DNA of 64,000 bases from Octopus vulgaris (GCA_951406725.2 OX597818.1:68572001-68636000), one strand, 5' to 3'; positions 42,410 to 55,088 are shown, counted from the first letter of the stretch. Notes: generated by a model from the sequence alone, not told the origin. Numbers and translations are program-made.

Positions 42410-43500
42410 ATTCCTACCGATGCAGTCTTCGATGTTTATTAAAAGAAACTTCCAGCTACCAACTGGCAAAAGAAGGTTAATTTCAACATACCGATTCGCT
42501 AAAGCGTGAAATATATTCATATAGGGACAGCAGAACGTCAGCGTGTCCCAGTTATTTGTATCGCTGAATGCTCATTAGCCATCTTCCTTTCTTTCATTTA
42601 TGGTTCATAATTTACATTGAGACATGGAAATGTCATGTTTTACATCTGAATAGGTGAAAATATCCTGTTCCACGTATGACAACTGAACAGAAGAATATAG
42701 ATAAATGTACTACATATTTTGTAACTTTTGAAGTTAAAAAAACTTAATATGCTTCTTCTTTGCCTCGTTTGTTTGAATAAGCGGCAACGTTAAACTCAGG
42801 GAAACAATTTCAGATATTTCTAATGGCAAACACACAATCTTTGTCTTCATCGAACATTTTTCCTTCCTTTAGAAAGACAGAAACACAAACGTACAAACGT
42901 TCCGCGAGGCCTAGATGGTTACTCAAAACTGAAGGAAAAAATGCTTTTAACGACGAGAACTGAAATAGAGTTTTGGAATTAGCAGCAGAGCTTGTAGGGT
43001 GTGAATGCCTCTTTGTAATACCGACAAAGAAGAAGCTGGATATGACAATATGGCGAGAGGAACATAAGATGACACACCTTGCTGAATTAAAGACAAAATA
43101 GATGCAGCACAGATTAGTAAAGACCAACGTTATGAGATGCTACTGGAAGACTGTAAGGATGCTGGTTGGAGTGCAGTGCACTCTTCTATAGAAGTTGGAT
43201 GTGGGGGTTTTATTGGGACCAAACAAAGACAGTTGATGCTATCAATTGGCGTCAAACATCGGTAAGCAAATACCATTTTGAAAGAGATCCGGATGGCAAT
43301 TGAGAGTACTCGTCATTGTCTACGGATAAAAAGGAATTATGAAACCTGGCTGGAAAGGGGATGATCCTGAAATGGGTTTCAAATCAGTGAGTGGAGCCAA
43401 TGCATGGTAAAGCGGTCAACAGGAACGCCCCCAAACGGAGCATATTCTCTTCTGATAACTCCGGAAACCTATTGACGTCATATAGGCAGTGTTTATCGAC
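42410..43500 (+). mobile_element. Hero/NeSL-like RLE LINE 3' fragment
   Basis: PTKKKLDMTIW...LAEL (cf. RPD...IELT) and KDQRYEMLLEDCKDAGWSAVHSSIEVGCGGFIG...LRIKR...W (Hero EVGCRGF motif). Confidence 0.75.
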
Positions 43501-43565
43501 TGACTACACTTGTACAAGCAAGCTATTTCCGAGTCTATATAGGTATGTATATATCTATGTATGTG

Positions 43566-43622
<57 letters not shown>

Positions 43623-43644
43623 CCTTTCAACATGTGACCTCGTG

Positions 43645-43840
43645 AGCACCGCCAGCAATTTTTTTTCTTCTGTCTTCCCTTCTCGGGATCTTTCCTTCTC
43701 CTTTGTTTCCGACGAAGAGCTCCGCTCGAAACGTTAGACCCTCCTTCTTCCCTTCTTTCCTGAGCGTCCAATAATACTTTATTTGTTCCACGTCCTCGCG
43801 TTGCTGTGTTTTTTTTGTGTTTTCTTGTTTGGATTAACTT
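43645..43840 (+). mobile_element. Retrozyme-like family copy with minimal hammerhead between (TA)n tracts
   Basis: GUUU-CCGACGA-A-GAGC-UCC-GCUC-GAAACGUU-AGAC (43705-43739; one core change, U4C). Reverse complement of about 7895-8082. Confidence 0.65.
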
Positions 43841-43859
43841 ATATATATGTATATATTAT

Positions 43860-43988
<129 letters not shown>

Positions 43989-44221
43989 CTGTTATGTAGA
44001 GAGTAATTGAATTATAAACAATTCGAGCTATATACTTTAAAATAAACTAAGTTGTTTTTATTTAATTTAGTCTACTTAACATTATATTAATATATATTGA
44101 AACAATTAATATATATTGCTCTTAACTTTCGTTTATGGGGCTCTTAGGTAGATTTTTGCATAAAAATACATTCCCATCGTATTCTAAATGTGTGTGTATA
44201 CATACATACATATATGTGTGT

Positions 44222-44252
<31 letters not shown>

Positions 44253-44679
44253 ATTTCCAATTTATTCGCACTTAAATGAAATCCACTCGGTTCTTCTTTT
44301 TCTTCTTCTTTCTCTCTTTCTTTCCTTCCTCTCCCCTTGCCCCCCTCTTCCTCTCTCCTCTCCAATCTATTTACATAACATTTCATTAATTCGTTATGTA
44401 CTTAGCATCATATAAGTTTTCGATTGTCTGATTAATTTCCATCATTATCTCTCTATATTAACGTATATACTTGATGTTGATTTTCTTCATCTAATCCCAC
44501 TTGAGTTTGTTTAAAGGTTGTTTCCGTATTTGTCGACGGTGATTGCACCCCATTCCACCCACAATAATGCCTCCCATATCACATTAAGCAGCTTTTTCTC
44601 TTCCTTTTTCCCCTTATTTTGTTTTCCTTTTTCAAATTCTCCCCTTCCTCTTTACCTTCTTCAGCTCCCAATTTACGCT

Positions 44680-45110
44680 TTCTTCTTCTTCTTCTTCTTC
44701 TTCTTCTTCTTCTTCTTCTTCTTCTTCTTCTTCTTCTTCTTCTTCTCCTCCTCCTCTTCTTCTTCTTCTTCTTCTTCTTCTTCTTCTTCTTCTTCTTCTT
44801 CTTCTTCTTCTTCTTCTTCTTCTTCTTCTTCTTCTCTCCTCCACCTTCTCCTCCTTCTTCGTCTCCTCCTTCTTCTTCTTCTTCTTCTTCTTCTTCTTCT
44901 TCTCTCCTCCTCCTCCTCCTTCTTCTTCTCTCCTGCTCCTCCTTCTTCTTCTTCTTCTCTCCTCCTTCTTCGTCTCCTCCTTCTTCTTCTTCTTCTTCTT
45001 CTTCTCTCCTCCTCCTTCTTCTTCTTCTCTCCTGCTCCTCCTTCTTCTTCTTCTTCTCTCCTCCTCCTTCTCCTCCTTCTTCGTCTCCTCCTCCTTCTTC
45101 TTCTACTCAT
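44680..45110. repeat. (CTT)n/(CCT)n polypyrimidine tract with higher-order repetition
   Basis: Direct inspection. Confidence 0.95.
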
Positions 45111-45692
45111 CTTCTCTTACATCTGTTTCAATGTCAACCATTTCCTTATCTCTTGCTCTCCCTCGTCTTCTCCTTCCTCTTTCGTTTCAATTTTGGCATT
45201 GTATTTTCTTCATCTTCTTCTTTTCCATTTTACTTCGGCAAGAAACACTAAAAGTACAAGTCTTCTTTTAAAAAAAAAATTAAGTACTGGTGGCAATTCA
45301 TTCGACTAAAAATCCCTCAAGGCGGTGCCCCCGCATGGCCGCAATCTAATGCCTGGAACAAGTAAAAGACAAAACCTCTTTCCCCTCCTTCTACTCTTTC
45401 TCCCTCCCCCCTCCATTTCCCCAATTTCTTCCCACCTTTTTCCTCTCTCTACTCCTCTTCCTATTTATTACAAGCTTTCGTATCATTAGGATTACTGCTT
45501 CTGCTACTTTTCCTCTTAACAAATTGTTATCAACATTGCCATTGCTCTATTCTTTTCTGCTGTTTTTGCTATTAAGAGTTCTTTATCAGCCTTAGTGTTA
45601 TCATTTTTGAGATTGGCCATAATAATTTGTCACTTCTTAACATTGTAAGGATCGTTCGTACTCTCATATTACCGTTATGGTAATTATTAAAC

Positions 45693-46140
45693 AGGCGGCG
45701 AGTTGGCAGAATTGTAAGCCCACCGGGTAAACTGCTTAATGGAATTTTCCTCTGTCTTTACGTTCTGAGTTCAAATTCCGTCGAGATCGACTTTGCCCTT
45801 CATCTTTTCGGAGTCGATAAAATAAGTACCAGTTGTGTACTGGGGTCGATGCAATCAAGTGGTCTCTGCCCGCAAAATTTCTGACCTTGTAGAAAGGAAT
45901 ATTATTATGGTTATTAAAATGCTTGCGAGCTGGCGGAATCGTTAGCAAGCCAGGCAAAATACCTAGTGGCATTTCGTCGGTCTTTACGTTCTGAGTTCAA
46001 ATTCCACCAAGATCGACTTTGCCTTTCATCCCTTTCCGAGATCGAAAAAATAAGCACAAGTTGATCGTAGTACCCGATGTAATCGACTCCCCTCTCTCCC
46101 CCATAATTTCAAACCTTTTGTCTTTAGTAGAAAGAATTAT
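45693..46140 (+). mobile_element. Two tandem SINE family B copies
   Basis: Heads at about 45693 and 45922, each with GTTCTGAGTTCAAATTCC and an AGAAAGGA/AATTATT-type tail. Confidence 0.85.
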
Positions 46141-46211
46141 TATGCATATTATGACTAAATATTTACATTATTTACATTTGACAGATATTTGTCCTCATCT
46201 TGTTTGTTGTT

Positions 46212-46257
46212 AACACAACGTTTCGGCTGATAAACCCTCCAGCCTTCATCAGGTGCC
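46212..46257 (-). ncRNA. Minimal type I hammerhead ribozyme, intact core
   Basis: GGCAC-CUGAUGA-A-GGCUG-GAGGGUUUAU-CAGCC-GAAACGUU^GUGUU: stem I GGCAC/GUGUU, 5-bp stem II, loopless palindromic stem III ACGU. Confidence 0.8.
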
Positions 46258-46326
46258 TTGGGGAAATTTCGAACCTGGGTTCTCATTCCTAAGGTATTTT
46301 TACCGATGTTGTTGTTGTTATTGTTG

Positions 46327-46411
<85 letters not shown>

Positions 46412-46546
46412 TGTCAGTGCCTGGAATCGAACTCGGAATCTTGGGGTTAGTAACCCGCGCTCTTAACCACTACGGGCATATGGCATATTGGTTAAGAGCG
46501 TGGACTACTAACCCCAAGATTCCGAGTTCGATTCCAGGCACTGACA

Positions 46547-46619
<73 letters not shown>

Positions 46620-46691
46620 CAACAATAACAACAACAACAACATCGGTAAAAATACCTTAGGAATGAGAACCCAGGTTCGAAATTTCTCCAA

Positions 46692-46737
46692 GACACCTGG
46701 TGAAGGCTGGAGGGTTTATCAGCCGAAATGTTGTGTT
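46692..46737 (+). ncRNA. Minimal hammerhead, mutated core
   Basis: GACAC-CUGGUGA-A-GGCUG...CAGCC-GAAAUGUU-GUGUU (A6G, and C to U in stem III). Confidence 0.6.
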
Positions 46738-47165
46738 AACAACAAACAAGATGAGGACAAATATCTGTCAAATGTAAATAATGTAAATAATGTACATAAT
46801 TCCTCATCTCTCAAACATAGAACTGTATAATTAAGACTAAGTTTCCGAGTTCTTGCCCTGCTATTGTCTTATTGATCCTTATGATTATGGCGATCGTTCA
46901 AACGGTAACAAATCACAGAACGTTTAGGGTGCTGGAATAGCTACTTCGCTGTATTGCTTCCTGAATTTTGATGTTCTTAATTCAAAATTCGCTGAGGTCA
47001 GCTTTGTCTTTTATTCCCGTGGCGGATTAATAAAATAAGGCACCAATGAAGTAATCGAGTCAATCGACCAAATCTCATCCGCTCCAAGTTCCTGGCATTG
47101 CAGCTAAATCACGATCCATTATTACAATGATTGATCATAGTGTTATGATGTTCATTTTTTTAAAA

Positions 47166-47527
47166 TTCTTTACTTGTTTCTGTCATTTAACTGTGGCCAT
47201 GCTGGGGCATCACCTTGAAGAAGTTTCAGTTGAATAAATCATCCCCAGTGCGTTTTCTAAGCTTGGTAATTGTTCTGTTGCTCTCTTTTGCCGAACCACT
47301 AAGTAACGGGGACGTAAACACACCAACACCGGCTGTCAAACAGCAGTGAGGGACACACACACATATACGACGGGCTTCTTTCAGTTTCCATCAACCAAGT
47401 CCACTCACGTAGCTTTGGTGTGCCCGAGGCTATAGAAGACACTTGCCCAAGTTGCCTCGCAGCAGGACTGAACCCTGGATAGTGTGGTTGAGAAGCAAAC
47501 TTCTTATCTCACAGCCACGCCTGCGCA
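47166..47527 (-). mobile_element. SINE family A, older subfamily
   Basis: Co-linear with the other copies, more diverged. Confidence 0.85.
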
Positions 47528-48438
47528 GATATGACTGATGTTATTGGCCATATTCATAATAATAATTTTCATTATTGCCCAACTTCTTCTTACTGTTCCT
47601 TCATATGTTTATGACTACTAGTCATATGTTTATGACTAGTCATATGTTTAGGATTGCCCTCATTGATTTTTTTATTAAGACTGTTATTAAGATTACGGTT
47701 ACGATAATGATTAATCATATTGTCGTGACTGCCTATGTGGTTATGACATATCTTATCTTATCTTTGTGACTTTTCACATTGTATTGTTGATTCTCATTAT
47801 CCCAATCGTTATGACTGATCATTTTGTTGTTTGTCTATATTGTTATGATTGCTCTTATTCTTCTGACTGGCCATATAAAGCCACACGACTGTTTTCCTTA
47901 CTCTTCTTCTTCTTCTTCTTCTTCTTCTTCTTCTTCTTCTGCTTGCCATGATCGTTCGTGTTGTTGTATTTCCTCTATTGCCTTTGTAAGAGATAATTTA
48001 ATCTCATTTCCTCATCCTTGTCAAATGACATCAATTTGATTTACAACGAAAATTTATTTGAAGTACGAGATTTTGTAACCGAATTCCCTCGAGAGATTAT
48101 AATTCAATTTAATCATAATCTTCGACCTCGTCTCCAACACCGACACAGCCACAACGTAGTTTTGTCCTCGGGAGTCATCATCACCAGCATCAACGCAAAC
48201 ATCTTTATTGTATTTATCAGCATCATATGGAGGAGGAAGGGGAGGAGGGGGAGGAAGCGGAAGAGGCTCCAGTCAGGTTTATTGACCGCCATACTTGTCT
48301 GGTACTTACATTATCAACGATTGAAAGTTGAAAGGTGATGTCACGTGCTACAGGAGGCTAACTATAGGGCAGGTTAGACCCGCATCAGCATGTATATATG
48401 TGTGTGTGTGAGTGTGAGTGTATTTATGTGTGTGTATG

Positions 48439-48549
<111 letters not shown>

Positions 48550-48850
48550 GCATATGCATGTATATATACGTGTGTGTGTTTATATGTAAGCATGTATTTA
48601 TATATTTGTATACATATAACACTGTGTGTGTTTGTCCTCCACCGCTGCTGGCGACAACCGGTCTTGGTTTGTTTACTTCCCCGTAACTTAGCAGTCCGAT
48701 GACTTTGACAAGTAAAATGTAAATGAGACTAGATATATTGAGTCCCAACATCAAGTAAATCGTTCTTTTTTTGGTCTTTCTAAAAAGTAATCATCGAAAT
48801 AACATATTTACATGTACGCATATACACCCACATTAGCATGCATATAAATA

Positions 48851-48886
<36 letters not shown>

Positions 48887-49539
48887 GGTTCTGCGTGTCT
48901 TTGCGTGCGCACATGCACACACCTGTATGCATGCATGTATGCATTTAAATACATTTTCATAAAAACTATTAAGCACTTTTGTCCCTTTCAAGAATTCGTG
49001 AATCCCTGAAAAATAGCTGACACAAATTCACTAATTTTGCCAAAATTGGAAACGATTATTATTATTATTAAGGTGGTGAACTGACAAAATCGTTAGCACG
49101 CCGGATGAAATGTTTAGCAGCATTTTGTTCGTTGCCATGGTATGCATGTGTAGAACTTCATATACATGTAAACTTATATCAATGCGTGTGCTGGTTTGTT
49201 CTTGTGCATGTGTATGTAAGTGTTACAGTATGTCCGTACATGCATTGATATATGCGTGAGTGTCCGTAAGCGGATATGCTAATCCCGTTTGTCAAAATAC
49301 CTTGGTTCTAAAGAATCCTACAATTAATTATTATACATGCTCACATATATACATACATATATATATATATGTACACACACACAAATACATATATATGTAT
49401 ATATATATGTATATATATATATACATATATATGTATGTGTACATATGTATACATATACACATACACACATATATATGCACATGTATAATTATACATATGC
49501 ACACACATATACACACACACACACACATATATATAGTTT

Positions 49540-49912
49540 CAGATGAATATGGTACTTAAGTTGAGGCACCAGAATTTAGTACGGTATTATCCATACAATT
49601 TCAAAATAAGGTGATTAAAATAAAAATAAGCAACAAGGATATCCAGAGGTAATGCTGCACGATCGTTACAACTATGATGTTGTTGATAAAACATGTTCTT
49701 TATCTATCTTTATCTATCCCCTTATCCTCTTGAAGATTTTAGGTAAAATTATACTAATGAGTCCTTTTAATTTAATTAAATTCTGTCTTTCAGCAGCTGA
49801 AGATTGCTCTACATTTTAAATTGATGTAATGAAATGTTTGCATTGTTCAATTAAATGGAGTCGCATGAAACGATCGTACTGCATTACCTCTGGATATCCT
49901 TGCTGCTTATTT

Positions 49913-49915
<3 letters not shown>
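49540..49915 (+). mobile_element. PLE pLTR fragment with inverted terminal copy
   Basis: Inverted repeat 49621-49669 vs 49866-49914; hammerhead inside; flanked by (TA)n. Confidence 0.65.
49793..49882 (+). ncRNA. Type I hammerhead ribozyme with extended stem II
   Basis: GCAG-CUGAAGA-UUGCUCU...GGAGUCGCAU-GAAAC-GAUC-GUA^CUGC. Stem I perfect, stem III palindrome ACGAUCGU; U-U at the base of stem II. Confidence 0.7.
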
Positions 49916-50004
<89 letters not shown>

Positions 50005-50039
50005 GTGTTTGTGTTTGTGTGTGTACACACACATAAACA

Positions 50040-50430
50040 CATTAATTAATTTATCACCATCAACTGGAACGTAGCTGATAACTCCGAATGGAGTTAATTC
50101 TAAATAGTTGCAGACTATACGCTGCCTAAACTCTTATAACTAAAAATAAATAACTATTTCACCACTCTTATATCTTCAACTCCACTATTTTCCCCTCTAA
50201 ATTATAGTAGGCTTAAATAGATACTCGTTATTCTCTGAATTCATTCTGCCACAAATATAACAAGGAAACTATACAATTAAATTGGTTTCTAGTACTGATA
50301 TCAATTTGCTATAAATGCTAAAAATGGTTTATCCTTTATGTTGGAAATGTAGAGGGTCATCTGCGTCTGAGGAGAATGGTTTCTTTAATGCATTGATACC
50401 TGGACATCATTGTTAATTATTTACATTTTG
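50040..50430 (+). mobile_element. PLE 3' end remnant
   Basis: HQL..TPNGVN (cf. PLE C-terminal TxxPxGLN) and a decayed CUGAGGA-GAAUG..CAUU-GAUAC motif near 50366. Confidence 0.4.
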
Positions 50431-51887
50431 TACACATATGTATATGCATGCAGAAAGACAAAAGACGAAGACAGGTTTATAAACAACAAACAGGTGTATT
50501 AGTTTAACGCTCGGGAAGGTGAAAAAGTCTTTGACGTTTTGCTTTATAAATATAACAGTGCATGAGTATATATGTATATTCAAGTCTATGTGTGTGCGTG
50601 TGTGTGTGTGCGTGTGTATGTGTGTATGTGTGTGTGTGTGTATGTGTGTGCGTGTGTGTGTTTGGTATCTAGTGATAAGACAAAGCCAACTGACTAGCTG
50701 TCACGTGAAATCGCAGGTTTTTCATCGAAGCGTCCCACTCCTAGCGCTGTGAGAGCAGCTATGGCTTCGTTACTCCCAGCGTTTTTATAGCTGTTGAGTG
50801 ACCATTAACTCAACAAAGTTCAGCTGCCTTTTGACAGTTTTTGTTTTTCATTCAGCAAGGTGTCAACCCAAAGCGACCTTCTTTGACAAGTAAGCTAGTA
50901 GTGTTACCAGATTGGTTTCCAGTGGACTGACCGTACAACAGGTTGTACGGGTTACATGTTACAAATATCATGAGGACTAACCGGACATAATCTTCAGCAT
51001 AGTGTTTTACGTAGATAGAATGACAAATGACATCACCATAAAGAGACATCTGTCCATCACGGGATTGTAGTGATGAATATGATACGAGTGCCGCCTTCTG
51101 AGTCTCTGTGAATAGTACCCAGTGACAGGCCGAAGTGAGGTTACCAGCAAACCCGAGAAGCCACAAGTTTTACATCAGATCGTTTCTCCTCTAGAAGCGT
51201 TTATCACTAAAATCCAATAATACACACATGTCTATGTAGGGTGACCTCACTTACCATTGCACCTACCGAAAGTCCTATGGCGTTGAAAGAAGGAGGCGAG
51301 TGCAAGACTAACCAGTAAGGAGGTTTAAATTCAAGATAAAAAATATTTGAAACGTTGATCGGAGAACACCTTCTCCCACAAAGTGAACTGACCAATCCAG
51401 TAAGAACTACAAATTCTACTTCGGACCATTGAGACCTAGAATGGGGCGGAATATTTATCTGGGTAATCACGGCCGGGAAGTTATAAGTGCCATTGACAAT
51501 GAGGAAGTGTAAAGAGACTATAACAATCAGAAGATAATCACCATATATAAATATATGTATGTGTGTGTGTGTTTATGTATGTATGTATGTATGTATGTAT
51601 GTATGTATGTATGTATGTATGTATGTATGTATGTATGCATGTATATGTACATATATGGCAAATGAAAGACGGAAATGGAATATACTTTGATAGGTTTCGG
51701 CCATTATTGGCCCAGGCCATGTCTAACTTAATAGCATACGAGAATTTATTATTAATTACGACAATTGTTAATAAATTCTCGTAAATTCCATTTTCCGTCT
51801 TTCATTTGCTATATACCTAACGATCACTGTGAAAGTGACCATGCTTTACCAGTAAGCTACCGAGTGTAAACCATTCGTTTTATTATC

Positions 51888-51939
<52 letters not shown>

Positions 51940-52030
51940 TAAATTAGAGATGAAACCACTATTAAGCAACTCAAACAATGATAGACATTTAAAAAAAATG
52001 TCTATCACTGTTTGAGTTGCCTATTTAATT

Positions 52031-52083
<53 letters not shown>

Positions 52084-52131
52084 CTTAGAGTAACTTAGAA
52101 AGGTTTTGGCCAGTATTGGCCCAGGCCATAT

Positions 52132-52175
<44 letters not shown>

Positions 52176-52179
<4 letters not shown>

Positions 52180-52990
52180 TATAAAATGAGATAGGGGTTG
52201 AAAATTCAACCCACCATGGGATAACATATATCCAATATACTGCTAGAGAGGTACCCAACAAGAATAATACATAAATATTAAAAATTGCCATGCAATTAAT
52301 TCATCTACTGTATTATGTGGGCAAAGGTAAAAATATTACCGTAAATTAAGACTACAAAATTAGAAAATGGAGAAACATACTTAAATCAATCGAACATCAA
52401 TCATCAGATGATACCCAATCAATACTTTATTACACCATTACATAACAGTAAAAGCATTATAAAAATATATTGTAAATATAATTAGACAAGGAAATAGAAA
52501 TATAAAATATAAAATATAATATATAATTATATCATATCTGACAGCTGTTTCGGCCGTAAGGGCAAGCATGCCTCATTTAACCTATAAGCCATATAAGGCA
52601 GGTATAAATGAGACATTAGCAAGGATGCCCCACGGCCTCTTCTTCAGATAATTTAATTTATTATAAGTGTGAAAAAAAAATTTTTTATACATATAAATAT
52701 AAAAATATAAAATATAAAAATGTGTGCATAGACACTCAGAATACTACACATATATATACTTATTAATACAATAATACAAAATAAACAAAACAAAATATAT
52801 CAATATATATTAACAAACACAGTTATTCTACATATTGGGCTACTAGTTCCAAAAACTAACCTACAGGAAAATATATGCACACTCACATTTAAATTTAAAT
52901 CAGACCTATACATAAAAAATAATAAAAAAAACACACAGTTCAGTTCATAAAATTATAAACCTATAAAAGTCAATAAAAATTACTATTAAT
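52176..52990 (-). mobile_element. PLE pLTR-like element with long-stem-II hammerhead (52535-52650)
   Basis: Minus: UAU-CUGAAGA-AGA-GGCCGU...CUCAUUUA/UAAAUGAG...ACGGCC-GAAAC-AGCU-GUC-AGAUA. Core/stem I junction altered; inserted in (TA)n. Confidence 0.6.
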
Positions 52991-53034
<44 letters not shown>

Positions 53035-53070
53035 CAATTATGTGTGTACCAAGTACATCAATCGGACATC

Positions 53071-53188
<118 letters not shown>

Positions 53189-53427
53189 GCACATATATGG
53201 TAAGTAATGTTATTTTTAACCACTTTAAAGTATGATAGCTGAGCTGGTGTGATTCTCTCCTGATTGTAGAGTCAAATATACATTAAAAATCAAATTGAGG
53301 GGGACTTCGCATTTGCCTATTTTTCTTATCGAACAATTGGCTGAGCAACAAATAGGCCGAATCTGAAGTCACAGTCGACTTCAGCTTTGTGATATAGATA
53401 GATACATTCACACAACCACATATACAT

Positions 53428-53553
<126 letters not shown>

Positions 53554-53749
53554 TCATATATTTATTTGTGTGTGTCAGCCGTATCTATGACCTCTTAACA
53601 TTTCAATATATTTGTAAACTAACGGATGTCACACTAATTCAGTTACCGATTCCCTGTCATAGCATTAGCATCTTTGTTAACCCAATTGAGATGCCTCTAA
53701 TATTTATTACTCCTTACCTGCGTATGTGTAATCTTGGAGCTATTTAATT

Positions 53750-54460
53750 CTGTGTAGTAATCAAATACTTTAGTATAATTTCAGATCGGTGGTCTTCTAT
53801 ATTGTAAAGATAAAATACCTTTGATTGTGTCTATGTAAGCGTTATACAAAAGTTTCCAGAAATTAGCCTGGTGTATTTTACTGTTTTCCAATAAAAACTT
53901 ATAAGTCAATGTTTCTATCACCGTTCTTTAGAATACTCAAAATGTATAATTGTGCTGATAAAATATATCCTCATATTGGCTTGTGGTTATAGCCAGTGTC
54001 GTTTTTCTTAATAATTGCTGGAACAGCAGCTGCTTATATAACATATTTTTCCAAGAAGTTCCTGTTGACTGGGCATATACAATGAGAGTGGCAACCGCCT
54101 CTCCACAGCCCACTAATTGGGTATTGGTGATTCAAATTTATTTTATTGTTCAAGGCAAATTTAGAACGTGCTAATTAACCTACTATGATGGAATATGTAA
54201 TAAAACTTTTCTTCTAGAAGAGTGTTTTCTTACTAAGAGAATATTTCCCTATTAATTTTCTTACCTTTATCGAAAATGGAAGATCATGCCATATTGATTT
54301 TCTATTCTTCTTGTTCCTAACAAGTCAACTTCATCCGTTATATTTAAGCGTTTCTTTGCAACAATTAGAAATCAGTGGAATTGTTTTATTTGCTTCCTTC
54401 TTTATTAAATGAGCATCATAACAAATGCTCCAAATTCGTTGGCTCAGGATAATGGATAAA
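53750..54460 (-). mobile_element. PLE ORF 3' part, decayed
   Basis: RNKKNRKSIWHDLPFSIKVRKLIGKY (cf. RKRNIIWFNPPFS.NVKTNIGK), CPVNRN, frameshifted GIY-YIG region. Confidence 0.55.
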
Positions 54461-55088
54461 CATCCAACGATACACAGTGGGTTGTTTTAGCTGATACACC
54501 TGCATAAACACACACACACACTTATATATATATATATATATGTATGTATATAATATTGGTTCATTACGTTTCATGCATGGCTGAATTATTTCCTTAGAAA
54601 TGTCTAATGCTATATTTAAGACACTATTTATAAGTTTGTGCTTCTGTAATTCGAAGTTTCAAGATACTGAATAATTTTATCAGTTCTGTCTTAAACAATT
54701 ATCTGCTTGCAGCATATTATAATTCCAGACATATCTAGATCATTATCTTACGCCACAATTCTCTATTACTGGTATGGCACCTGTTGAGAATTAGATCTAA
54801 AATATAAATTCCTATTAGACTTGATTTCCAGTTGAAAACCCTTGCAGAATCTCCAGTGTCAGTGCTTAAATCAAAATGGTCTGCATTAACCATTCTTCGA
54901 AGCAGCCATTAAACAAGCGAATATATAATTTAAGCGAGTACGTTGGTATTATTATGCCTTTTTCTCAGCAATAGTAGCATGGAGTCTTGGTACATGAAGA
55001 GCTTTTAATGAGAGTCACCTGGAAGTATGAACATATAAGGGTAATATTCAACTATACCACATCCAGTTCGTAGTAGTGCTTATGTCTG

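Larger units (their letters stand above)
46160..46829. mobile_element. Head-to-head palindromic element: 2 x [tRNA-like head + (AAT)n + hammerhead]
   Basis: 46160-46469 is the near-perfect reverse complement of 46489-46789. Each arm has TGGTTAAGAGCG (A-box region) and GAGTTCGATTCC (B box). Confidence 0.9.

Noticed and set aside
44518-45309. 263-aa and 210-aa low-complexity ORFs
   Set aside because: Stop-free because of the CTT/CCT tract.
46408-46548. Two apparent tRNA genes (ACT at the anticodon position)
   Set aside because: Acceptor and T stems do not pair properly and the heads run straight into (AAT)n; treated as SINE-type heads.
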